Assembly (NCBI GenBank): GCA_019421015.1
Contig: JAHZGC010000002.1
Location: forward strand, 1,619-65,618
DNA length: 64,000 nucleotides
Direction: 5' to 3'
DNA from: Coriobacteriaceae bacterium
Lineage (GTDB): Bacteria > Actinomycetota > Coriobacteriia > Coriobacteriales > UMGS124
Shown here in pieces: positions 17,613 to 26,254 of this stretch. Position numbers and translations under genes: made by a program. Every line of letters starts with the position of its first letter. Within the stretch, counting starts at the first letter, position 1. Below the pieces are notes generated by a model, which was not told where the DNA came from, did not search any database, and was given only the letters and a program-made list of their open reading frames with translations.

Positions 17613-17938
17613 GGTTTCTCCCCTTTGGCGTCAGGGGCGGGTCCCGTGCCCGCCCACCTGTGTGGCTGCCGGGCGTGCGGAGCGTGGGGGCGTCCGCCGT
17701 GCCCGGCGTGACCCCAGCGTGCCACGGCGCGGAAGGGCCCGGGTCGCGACAAACGGGCGATTGGGGGAGAAGTCACCCGATTGTGACGAGATGTTGACAG
17801 TACGTCAACACGGGTAGAAGGTCACGGCGGAAAAGCCCTGGGGATATCCGGCGGGGCGCACCTCGGCACGCCGCGCCCCGGCGCACCTCGGCACGCCGCG
17901 CCCCGGCGCGCCTTGTGCAGGGACTTTCTCAAAATGCT

Positions 17939-19579
17939 CTAAGTCTCCTGCTCCTGCACCAGGTCGAGCAGCTCCTGGCGTGTGTGGATGTCGAGCTTGG
18001 CGTAGATGTGGCGCACATGGGTCTTCACGGTGTTCTGCGACACGCATAGCTGCTCGGCGATGTAGGGGGCGCTGCGGCCGGCGAGCAGCAGCCCGAGCAC
18101 GCCCGCCTCGCGCTCGGTGAGGAAGTAGCGGGCCGCCATGGCGTTCACGGCGCTGACGTGCGCAGGTGTGGACCCTGCCGCCCCCGCCTCCGCGTGCTGG
18201 CATGTGGCCGATCCCGTGCGGTTCGGTTCTTGCGCCGGTAGGTTGTCGAGGCCGCTACCGGCGGATGCGCCAAAGGGTGCGCCGGGTTTTGTCGCCCTTC
18301 CTGATCGCACGCCGCCCGCCCGTACGCTGCCCGCGTGCGCGGCCTCCTCTGCAGGGAGGGCCCCGCGCAGGTCGTCGCGCACGGAGTGGGGGCGGCCCAG
18401 CACCAGAAGGGCCACCGCGAGCAGGGCTCCTCCCAGCACCATGGCCGCAAGGTCGATCCAGCTCTGCTGGGGGAGCAGGACGGCCAGTGCCATCCCGGCC
18501 GAGATCCCCACACCGTCGATGGCGTAGGCGATGCAGAGGAACCGGCGCATCGAGAGCGCCGACCCGTGGTGCACGATGACCAGCATGGCCCAGATGAGCA
18601 GGTCGAACACCGCATAGCCCGTCAGTACGAGCAGGTGCGAGAACACCGTGGCCACCGGTCCGAGTGCCGCCGTGGGCCCCAGGGCCAAAAGTCCGGCGGC
18701 GATGAGCGCGATGGCCACGACCAGAAACGTCTGGGGCTGCTTGGAGTAGAACACGTAGGCGCAGAACACCGCCAGCGCGCAGACGCCGCGGATGAGCAGC
18801 GACGCGTAGTCGAGGAAGGCGACCCCAAAGGCGTCTCGGGCGGTGGCGGGGTCCTGCGCCTCCATGAATCCGAAGGCCGCCGTGACCAGGATGAGCAGCA
18901 CGACATAGCCGCCGTAGCGTGGGTGCTCACGGTGCGATCTGGCGCTGTGTTGCGAGGTCTTCTCCACCGTGGCGAGGTTTTGGGCGTTGGTCCCGCGCAC
19001 TAGGAACACCTGGTAGCTCAGGGCCGAGAGCAGGGGGAGGAGCGCGCAGAGCACCACGGCCGCCCCGGGCTGCAAAAACATGCCGAGCAGCACGAACACC
19101 ACGTTGAAGGGCAGGCAGGCGGCAATGTGGATCAGGGCGTTGGTCTTGCCCTGGCATACCGCCACGCACCCCACCACGGCGGCGCCGACTCCCTGGTAAA
19201 GACCGGTGAGCACGGTGCCGCCCACCAGAAGTGCCGCCCAGCCGGTGGCAAAGCCGCCGTAGAGCGCGAGCGACCCCGCACCGCCCAGGACTAAAGACGC
19301 CCCGGCAAAGTAGGAGGGCTTGAGGCTGAGCGAGCGCAGGCGCCCCGAGAGGGCGTAGGCTGCCAGGGCCACCGCCCCGAGCAGCACCGACGCGACGGGT
19401 ACCCAGGCGAGGGGCCGGGCCATGGCAGCCTGGGGCAGAAGCGGGCTAAAGGGCACGAGGTCGAACCACGACCAGAAGAACGTGGAGACCATGAGCGCCG
19501 AGGGCGAGAGGTTGCCCACGAACCGGTCGAGGAAGCTGCGCAGGGGCAGTCCTTGTGCGCGGGGTTCGGTGACGGTCAC
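17939..19579 (-). CDS. Membrane-anchored LuxR-family transcriptional regulator
   Basis: C-terminal HTH LTEREAGVLGLLLAGRSAPYIAEQLCVSQNTVKTHVRHIYAKL. Start set at GTG 19579 after GAAGGAG. The ORF-track extension to 19888 runs through repeat array B. Confidence 0.75.
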   Translation of the reverse strand: MTVTEPRAQGLPLRSFLDRFVGNLSPSALMVSTFFWSWFDLVPFSPLLPQAAMARPLAWVPVASVLLGAVALAAYALSGRLRSLSLKPSYFAGASLVLGGAGSLALYGGFATGWAALLVGGTVLTGLYQGVGAAVVGCVAVCQGKTNALIHIAACLPFNVVFVLLGMFLQPGAAVVLCALLPLLSALSYQVFLVRGTNAQNLATVEKTSQHSARSHREHPRYGGYVVLLILVTAAFGFMEAQDPATARDAFGVAFLDYASLLIRGVCALAVFCAYVFYSKQPQTFLVVAIALIAAGLLALGPTAALGPVATVFSHLLVLTGYAVFDLLIWAMLVIVHHGSALSMRRFLCIAYAIDGVGISAGMALAVLLPQQSWIDLAAMVLGGALLAVALLVLGRPHSVRDDLRGALPAEEAAHAGSVRAGGVRSGRATKPGAPFGASAGSGLDNLPAQEPNRTGSATCQHAEAGAAGSTPAHVSAVNAMAARYFLTEREAGVLGLLLAGRSAPYIAEQLCVSQNTVKTHVRHIYAKLDIHTRQELLDLVQEQET

Positions 19580-19777
19580 GGAGACTCCTTCGGGGGAGGG
19601 CGGTGTCGTGCGGTGCTGTCTTGCGGGAGTATAGCGCGGCCTGCGGTGGCCCGTGCTCGTCGGGGTTGGGTGGCGTAGCGGGGCGCGTGCGGCATGGGAG
19701 CGCGCGTGGCATAAAACCGCGCAAATCGGGACGTTCCCGTCTGGCACGCCGTCGGCCGAAGGTGCCGGTGGCGTGCC

Positions 19778-20030
19778 GGGCACCAGGCTCGCGTTATGTA
19801 AGCCTCCGCGGCCCTGGGTGGCACCAACGGCGAGTTCTGTAAGTCCCGAAAGGAGAGAATGGCACCGAATCGGCGTTCTGTAAGTCACGGGGCGCGCATG
19901 TTGCCGGTTTTTGCCCCCCGGTCCTTACAAAACCCGCGTTCGGTGCCGCAGGAAGTCTCGCCGGTTTACACAACTCGCATTCGGTGCCAGCCCTGCCCGG
20001 GCGCCCTTACACAACGCCGGTTTAGTGCCA
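19778..20030. repeat. Phased motif array, family 1, locus B (3 direct + 3 inverted)
   Basis: Direct units start at 19778, 19819 and 19860. Inverted units start at 19924, 19965 and 20006. Same 41/64-bp geometry as locus A. Confidence 0.9.
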
Positions 20031-20064
20031 CCTGCCGGCCGTTGCTGCCTGTTTTCGCCTGCGC

Positions 20065-21550
20065 CTACCCCTTCCCGGTGTCGTAGGCGATGTCGAGCAG
20101 CTCGGACTGGGTGTGGATGCCCAGTTTCTTGTAGATGTGGGTCAGGTGGGTCTTGACCGTGCCTTCGGAGAGATGCAGCTCCCGGCACATGTTCTGCCGG
20201 GTCTCGCCCTTCACGAGCAGAACCAGCACCTCGCCTTCGCGGGCCGAGAGCGCGTATTCCTGGGCGACGTTTGCGCACCGCAGCTCAAGGGCTTCCTGCA
20301 GCATCTTTCCGTTGACGCCTGCGGTGAGGCGGCGCTCGCCGTCGAGCACGAAGGCGTTCAGGTCCTCCTCGCTGCTCGACGACCGCAGGTTCGTGCGATT
20401 GAACGCCTGGGGGTACACCATGCACGCGATGATGATGAGGTAAAAGACGATGAACACGGCCGACTCGGCGGCGGCCATCCGGTGCTCTAGGAACACGCTC
20501 CATACGAGGCCGGTTACGCTGCACGACAGCAAGCCGACACTAAACGCCCGGTAGATGGGCCAGCCCAAAGAGCCGGCAGCGTCGAGGGCCACGACCCAAA
20601 AGAGGATGTGCGCGTAGTTTTCGACCGTGACGAGCAGCCCGTCCACCACCTCGGCCGGCAGCGCGTAGAGCATCTGGCGCGACGACGTCAGGGCAAAGGC
20701 CGTGATGAGCACCAGCAGCGAGCTCTGGTAGCGCAGGGCGAGCGGCTTGCGCTCCTTGGACAAGAAGGTCGCGCGGCAGAGAAGCACCACGAGCAGGCAT
20801 TCGGCCATGGCGGCCAGGATAGACCACGTTTCGCCGGCATACTGGCCGCTGCCGGCGTTGCCCCAGATCCCCACGGTGCTCATGGCCCCGCAGGCTACCA
20901 GGCCCACGCCGGTCATGACGCACAGGGCCACGAAGTAGCGCTGGGCCGCGGCACCTCCCACCTCAGAGGGGGCGGCGGTGCGGCGGGGGCGGCAGTGGGC
21001 AAAGAGCCGGTCCGACAGCAAGAGCGCACCGACGCCCAGGACGGGAAGCGCGTAGGAAGCGACGATGAGCGCGGTCTCGTTCAGCAGGTAGCCGACCGTT
21101 TCCGCAGCCAGGCGCTCGAGGACTTGGGCCGCCACCAGCACGTACAGGGCTTCTCGCCGGGAATCGACGCAGGCGATGTAGGCGTACACGGCCGAGACGG
21201 CCCATATATGGCTGGCCCCTAGGAGCAGGGAGCCTGCGGCGCAGACCAGCAGCGGGTCGAACAGAGACTGATGGAACCCGAACGAGTAGAGCACCGTGCT
21301 GCCCAGCATGAGCCCGAGCACAGCGGGGGCCAGGCGTCCCGGCGACCAATCGATTTGGCGGGGGGAGAAGGGCGAAGAGGGCTGCGACCGCGACGCGCCC
21401 TACGTAGCACGCATAGTGGGCGGCCTCTTTTGCCCGGTCGGTCGCGGAGGGGTCGGCAAAGACGTCGAGGTAGCCGGTTATATCGACCCAGACGCCTATG
21501 AGCACGAGCGCGGCAAGGGACGCAAGCGATGCCCTGTGTTTGGTTAACAT
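20065..21550 (-). pseudogene. Membrane LuxR-family regulator interrupted by a +1 frameshift in a C6 (plus-strand G6) run
   Basis: The N-terminal 63 codons (frame of ORF 20963-21550) and the C-terminal 418-aa body with its LuxR HTH (ORF 20065-21321) join if one base is removed from the G run at 21360-21365. Confidence 0.7.
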
Positions 21551-21755
21551 AGCGTCAACACCTTGCCCCTCTTATCGGACAAACCGGATGATACCGCGCT
21601 TTAGCTGGCATTTGTAGCCCTTTGTCCGATAGGGGCGGCCGACGGGTCGTGCATCATTCGAGCCGTTGCCTACGCCCGGCGCAAACAACGCCCGGGTGCC
21701 CATCGGCGGGGTTGTACCGAAGGTGCCCCCGACTCACGAACCCAAGGAGCTCAAC

Positions 21756-23681
21756 ATGATCGATTGCATCGGTGTCATTGGCGGAGAAGCCCGTTCCCTG
21801 AGCCGCCGCTCGTTCATCGCTGCCGCCGGTGTTGCGGCGGCGGCCGTCCTGGGGCCCCGCACGGTGCTGGCTACCGAGTCGAGCGCACCGGCCGTGCAGA
21901 TGACTCCCGGTGTTTACGAGGTCACGGCCCAGGGATGCTACGCCCCCTACACCGTCGAGGTGGAGGTGTCCGAGGATGCCATTGTGGATGTGCGCGTGAC
22001 CGACACCCACGAGTCCAAGTACATGGGCCAGCGTGCGCAGGAGACCATCGCCAAGAACGTCGTGGAGCACCAGACGGTCAACGTCGACAGCATCACCGGC
22101 GCCACGATCACCACGACGACCATGAAGGACGCGATCCGCCAGGCTTTGACCGAGGCCGGCGCATCGGAAGACATGTTTGCCGACGACGCGGTGACCCCTG
22201 AGCCCGCCGGTGTCGACGGGGAGCTTGCGGAGTTTGCCCCCGACGTCATCGTGGTAGGCGCGGGCATCGCCGGTCTCACCGCGGCTCTTACCGCGGCTGA
22301 CCGGGGGGCCAAGGTGCTGGTCCTGGAGCAGAACACGTGCTTCGGCGGCTCCACCATGTACAGCGGCGGCTACATCGCCGCGGCCGGCGGCACCACGCTG
22401 CCCCAGTACGGCTACGAGACCGACCCCGACCGGCTGTACGCGTGGTTCATGGACGGCGATGAGTCCACGTTCCGTCCCGAGCTCTCGTACGTGGCCGCCT
22501 ACAACAGCGGCGCCGCCCTCGACATGCTGACCAAGTACGGCGCCGCCTGGCTCGAAGGCGGTCCCATCGGCGACGGCGTGGGCGCCCACAGCAACAACGC
22601 CTCCGCGGGCAACTCCACCGAGGGCGTCGACTACTTCGCGGCCTACCTCATCTCCTCGGAGCAGCGCGGCCTGAGCATCTTCGAGGGCACTGCCGACGCC
22701 GTGCAGGGCCTCGTCGACGAGGGCAAGCTGGCCTATGCGCTTAACGCCAAGGTGGTCGAGCTCGTCACCGACGAGGCCGGCGCTGTGGTGGGTGTGCGCA
22801 CCGAGGACGGCGGCGAGTATCGTGCGCCTGCGACGATCCTCTCGTGCGGCGGCTACTGTGCCAACGAGGAGATGCTCTCCGAGATCTACACCCGCTGGGC
22901 GCGCTCGGGCAACTCGAGCTCCATCGGCAACATGTTCGCCGCCGCCACCGCGATCGGTGCCGTGCTGCACGACATGGACTTCTGCCGCACCGACGGCGGC
23001 ACGCTGCCCATGTACGAGGGCAACGGCATGCCCGTGCACCGCGAGATCCAGTTCAAGACCCCCGGCCTGGTGTGGCTCAACACCGACGGCGTTCGCTTCT
23101 GGAAGGAAGGCTCCAGCCCGGCCCGCGCCTACTTCGACACCGACCGCAACACGGTGTACTGCGTTGCCAACCAGGCGCTTCTCGACACCGTCGACATGAT
23201 CTACTACGGTAACTACGCCACCTACGTGACCGACAGCAACAACGAGGAGCTCGAGCGCCTGGCCCAGGAGGGCAAGGTCGTGTTCAAGGGCGAGACCATC
23301 GAGGAGGCGGCCGAGAAAGCCGGGCTTGACCCGCAGGTCGTGGCCGCCGAGATGGCCAAGTACAACGGCTACTGCGCCGCCGGGGTCGACGAGGACTTCG
23401 AGAAGGACGCCAGCGCGCTCATCGCCATGGAGGAGGGGCCCTTCTACATCTTCGAGACCATCCCCAACGTCAAGAACACCTACGGCGGCCTGGTCATCGA
23501 CGAGGGTGCCCGCGTGGTCGACGCCGCCGGCGAGCCCATCCGCGGCCTCTATGCCGCCGGCGAGACCGCGGGCAACTATAACATCGTGCGCCCCACCGCC
23601 TCGTACTACGGCGGCAACCTGCACCGCGGTGCCACCTTTGGCTACACGGCCGCACTGAGCGCCATCGCCGACTTCGCGTAA
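21756..23681 (+). CDS. Tat-exported FMN_bind + FAD flavoprotein reductase (urocanate/fumarate-reductase-like)
   Basis: ATG 21756 after AAGGAG. Tat signal LSRRSFIAAAG. FMN_bind domain with VDSITGATITT. FAD fold DVIVVGAGIAGLTAALTAADRG. Confidence 0.85.
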   Translation: MIDCIGVIGGEARSLSRRSFIAAAGVAAAAVLGPRTVLATESSAPAVQMTPGVYEVTAQGCYAPYTVEVEVSEDAIVDVRVTDTHESKYMGQRAQETIAKNVVEHQTVNVDSITGATITTTTMKDAIRQALTEAGASEDMFADDAVTPEPAGVDGELAEFAPDVIVVGAGIAGLTAALTAADRGAKVLVLEQNTCFGGSTMYSGGYIAAAGGTTLPQYGYETDPDRLYAWFMDGDESTFRPELSYVAAYNSGAALDMLTKYGAAWLEGGPIGDGVGAHSNNASAGNSTEGVDYFAAYLISSEQRGLSIFEGTADAVQGLVDEGKLAYALNAKVVELVTDEAGAVVGVRTEDGGEYRAPATILSCGGYCANEEMLSEIYTRWARSGNSSSIGNMFAAATAIGAVLHDMDFCRTDGGTLPMYEGNGMPVHREIQFKTPGLVWLNTDGVRFWKEGSSPARAYFDTDRNTVYCVANQALLDTVDMIYYGNYATYVTDSNNEELERLAQEGKVVFKGETIEEAAEKAGLDPQVVAAEMAKYNGYCAAGVDEDFEKDASALIAMEEGPFYIFETIPNVKNTYGGLVIDEGARVVDAAGEPIRGLYAAGETAGNYNIVRPTASYYGGNLHRGATFGYTAALSAIADFA

Positions 23682-23696
23682 GACGTGGAGTGGGGT

Positions 23697-23736
23697 ATGC
23701 GGCGGGTGTCCCGTGAGGGATGGGCTCCCGCCGCAT
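23697..23736 (+). terminator. Hairpin downstream of reductase gene
   Basis: ATGCGGCGGG (23697-23706) pairs with CCCGCCGCAT (23727-23736). The loop is 20 nt and there is no clear U-tail. Confidence 0.4.
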
Positions 23737-23753
23737 GCCGTTGTGGTCTTTCG

Positions 23754-24046
23754 TGGCGCCAAAGAGGGTTCTGTAAGTCCGGGACGCCCCGGGTGGCACC
23801 GAATGCTTGTTTTGTAAGTCTCGACGACCCCGGGTGGCACCAGACGCGAGCTCTGTAAGCCCGGGTAGCGGAATATGGCACCGGATCGGTGTTTTGTAAG
23901 CCCGGGTGTGCGCATAACGCCGGTTTTTGCGTGCGAGTTCTTACAAAACTTGCATCTGGTGCCAGCTTGGGCCAGCTGGCCTTACACAACGCCGATCCGG
24001 TGCCATTGGCTGCGCCGGACTTTTACCAAACCCGTATTCGGTGCCA
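23754..24046. repeat. Phased motif array, family 1, locus C (4 direct + 3 inverted)
   Basis: Direct units start at 23754, 23794, 23835 and 23876. Inverted units start at 23940, 23981 and 24022. Central step 64 bp. Confidence 0.9.
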
Positions 24047-24078
24047 CCCGTCCAGGACCGCCCCTACTCCCCTCATGG

Positions 24079-25443
24079 CTATCGTCGCCCCCCGAACGGC
24101 CCCTGGTCGCAGCTCGTCTCCACCGCAAAGCGCGCCAGCTCGTCGACGACCACCGCATGTCGCCCTGCAGGGGAAAGCCCCGGCACCCCCAGTATCCCAA
24201 GCGCCCTCCCGAGTTCTTCTCCCAGCCCGCTCTGGGCGAGAAGCCCCGCCACTTGGTCTGCCAGGTCAAAGTAGTACGAGACGGACTCGGGCTTTGAGAT
24301 GCGGTAACGGCAGCCGAACGCGCAGCGCTTGTCGAGGGCCTGGAGCTTGCGGGGCGAGAACGGGTGGCAGTGGCCGGGCTCGTGGAGAAACAGCAGTGTG
24401 GCGGCCGTGCGGTAGGTGGCGCTTGCCGATGGCCGGGCAACGGCGCTGCAGATGAGGCTGCGCTGGCGCTCGATAAGAACGGCGCAGGCGTCCGTGAAGG
24501 GGGCGATGCGCTCCTCAAGCGGGCGGTCGGGGGAGAAGAGCCTGCCGAGGGCACCCCCGAAGACCTCGGGTTCTTGGCTGGTAAAGACGCCCAGCTCCCT
24601 ATAAGCACCCCGGGCGCCGCATTCGTCCAGCAAGGGCGCCCCGTCTTCGAGGCATCGGCCGAGCATCGACGGTAAATCGGGCGTCGCAGGATCCCAGTGC
24701 CGGCCAAAGTCCGCAGCCGCCCGGGCCGACGCCGGGGCCTGGCGGGTGGGGCGCTCCCCCAACCGGTCGAGGAACTCCCGGGCGAGCCCCTCTGTCTGCT
24801 CAGGGTCGATGCGGGGCGCTCGCCTCTGCGGCAGGGCGGGGGTGGCGCCGCGTGCTAGGGCCTCCAGGAACTCGGGGGGCGTGGAGGGCGTGCCTGCTGG
24901 GGGGGCCACCCGCAGGGGGTCGATCCGCCACTGCTGCGTCGCCAGGCCCGTGCGGGCGGGGATTTTGGACCGGGCGACGGCGTCATAGGCGTGAATAAAG
25001 GCGCAGACAAGGGCGTCGCGCTCGTCCGCATCCTCGGCATCGCCGGCGGACAGCCCCATGGCGGCGGCAAACAGGTCCCACAGCCGCTCGATCTCCTCGC
25101 CCATGGTTTTGTCCCGGTGCGAGAACATGCGCACCTGATAGTCCTCGACCTCGGGGCAGTCATAAAACGAGGGGGTCTCAGCTACCTCGAGCTCCAGGGC
25201 TTCGCAGACCAGCAGGAACAGGCGTTCCTTGCGGGCCTCGGGCATGGGGCGGCACCAGGCGGCCATGAAGGTGAAGGGGTCCAGGGCGTCGAGCGCCTCT
25301 CCGGCTTCTACGATGGGGAACTGCACGCAGCAGGTTTCGAGCGCCCAAGAAAGGGAGTCGACGAGCCCCTCTTTGTCGTTGCGGCGCGCGAGCAGCCTCT
25401 TGGCCACCGATCGGTGAGCCTGCGCCCAGCTGGGTTTTTCCAT
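24079..25443 (-). CDS. Hypothetical protein (454 aa), no recognisable domain
   Basis: Long ORF with GC-rich third positions and a GGAGAGGAGA SD before ATG 25443. No TM segments or motifs recognised. Confidence 0.6.
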   Translation of the reverse strand: MEKPSWAQAHRSVAKRLLARRNDKEGLVDSLSWALETCCVQFPIVEAGEALDALDPFTFMAAWCRPMPEARKERLFLLVCEALELEVAETPSFYDCPEVEDYQVRMFSHRDKTMGEEIERLWDLFAAAMGLSAGDAEDADERDALVCAFIHAYDAVARSKIPARTGLATQQWRIDPLRVAPPAGTPSTPPEFLEALARGATPALPQRRAPRIDPEQTEGLAREFLDRLGERPTRQAPASARAAADFGRHWDPATPDLPSMLGRCLEDGAPLLDECGARGAYRELGVFTSQEPEVFGGALGRLFSPDRPLEERIAPFTDACAVLIERQRSLICSAVARPSASATYRTAATLLFLHEPGHCHPFSPRKLQALDKRCAFGCRYRISKPESVSYYFDLADQVAGLLAQSGLGEELGRALGILGVPGLSPAGRHAVVVDELARFAVETSCDQGPFGGRR

Positions 25444-25569
25444 AGCGAGGTCGTCTCCTCTCCGCCCAGGGGTTTCTCAAAACTCCCTGGCCAACGGGCC
25501 GAACCCGCCGAGGTGCGGAGCCGGCCCGTCGTTATCTCGCCCATGCGGCGCAAGCCGCCGCACTTCTCT

Positions 25570-26040
25570 TTAGATCTCGATGCTCGGGATCTCCGCGTGG
25601 GCGTCTCCGCCGGCGGCGTTGATGCCCGCCATGCGCCCGAAGGTCACGCAGCGGCCGTGGCCGATGCCGGCGACGAAGGTGGGGTAGTCGCCTGCGCCGA
25701 AGAAGTCGCCGGCGGCCGAGCCGCAGACGTAGAGCCCCTCGATGGGCTGGTCGTCCTCGTCGAGCACGCGGCACTGCAGGTCGGTGCGCAGGCCGCCGCA
25801 CATGGTGAGCAGGCAGGCCTGCAGGTGGCCGGCGTAGAACGGCGGGTTCTTGACCGGGTAGAGGATCTCGGCGCGCTTGCCGAAGTCCTCGTCGTTGCCG
25901 TTGTCGCAGAGCTCGTTGTAGCGCTCGACCTCGGCCACGAACACGGCGGGGTCGCAGCCGATCTGCTCGGCCAGCTCCTCGAGCGTGTCGGCCTGGAAGG
26001 TCAGGCCGCTTTCGAGCTCGCCCTCCAGGGTCGCCTTCTG
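25570..26040 (-). pseudogene. C-terminal remnant of a flavoprotein reductase (5' part deleted)
   Basis: ...ADTLEELAEQIGCDPAVFVAEVERYNELCDNGNDEDFGK...PIEGLYVCGSAAGDFFGAG... aligns with the last ~155 aa of the intact paralogs. There is no N-terminal domain or start. Confidence 0.7.
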
Positions 26041-26074
26041 GGCGTCGATAGGCCGGGGTTGCAACCGGGGTTCC

Positions 26075-26221
26075 ATCGCCGACGAGCACGGTGTGTCGCG
26101 CGAGACCGTGAAGACCCACATCGCCGGCATCTACCGCAAGGTCCACGTCCATTCGCACCAGGAGCTGATCGCCGCCCTCGAGGCGAGGGCGGCCCAGGTC
26201 GAGAAGGACGAGACGACGTAG
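26075..26221 (+). pseudogene. C-terminal stub of a LuxR-family HTH
   Basis: IADEHGVSRETVKTHIAGIYRKVHVHSHQELIAAL is only the second half of a LuxR HTH. The upstream sequence is the opposite-strand reductase remnant. Confidence 0.65.
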
Positions 26222-26254
26222 GGGCGGGTGGGGTGGAGAGGGGAGATACCCTAT

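Noticed and set aside
17939-19888. N-terminal extensions given by the ORF track for several genes: 17939-19888, 13645-14880, 51568-53541, 56685-59720, 21666-23681, 33644-37576, 10550-12115 and 5347-7092.
   Set aside because: The extensions run through repeat arrays or give Arg/Pro-rich leaders ahead of obvious signal peptides. Internal ATG/GTG codons preceded by good SD sequences give proteins that begin at the expected conserved N-termini.
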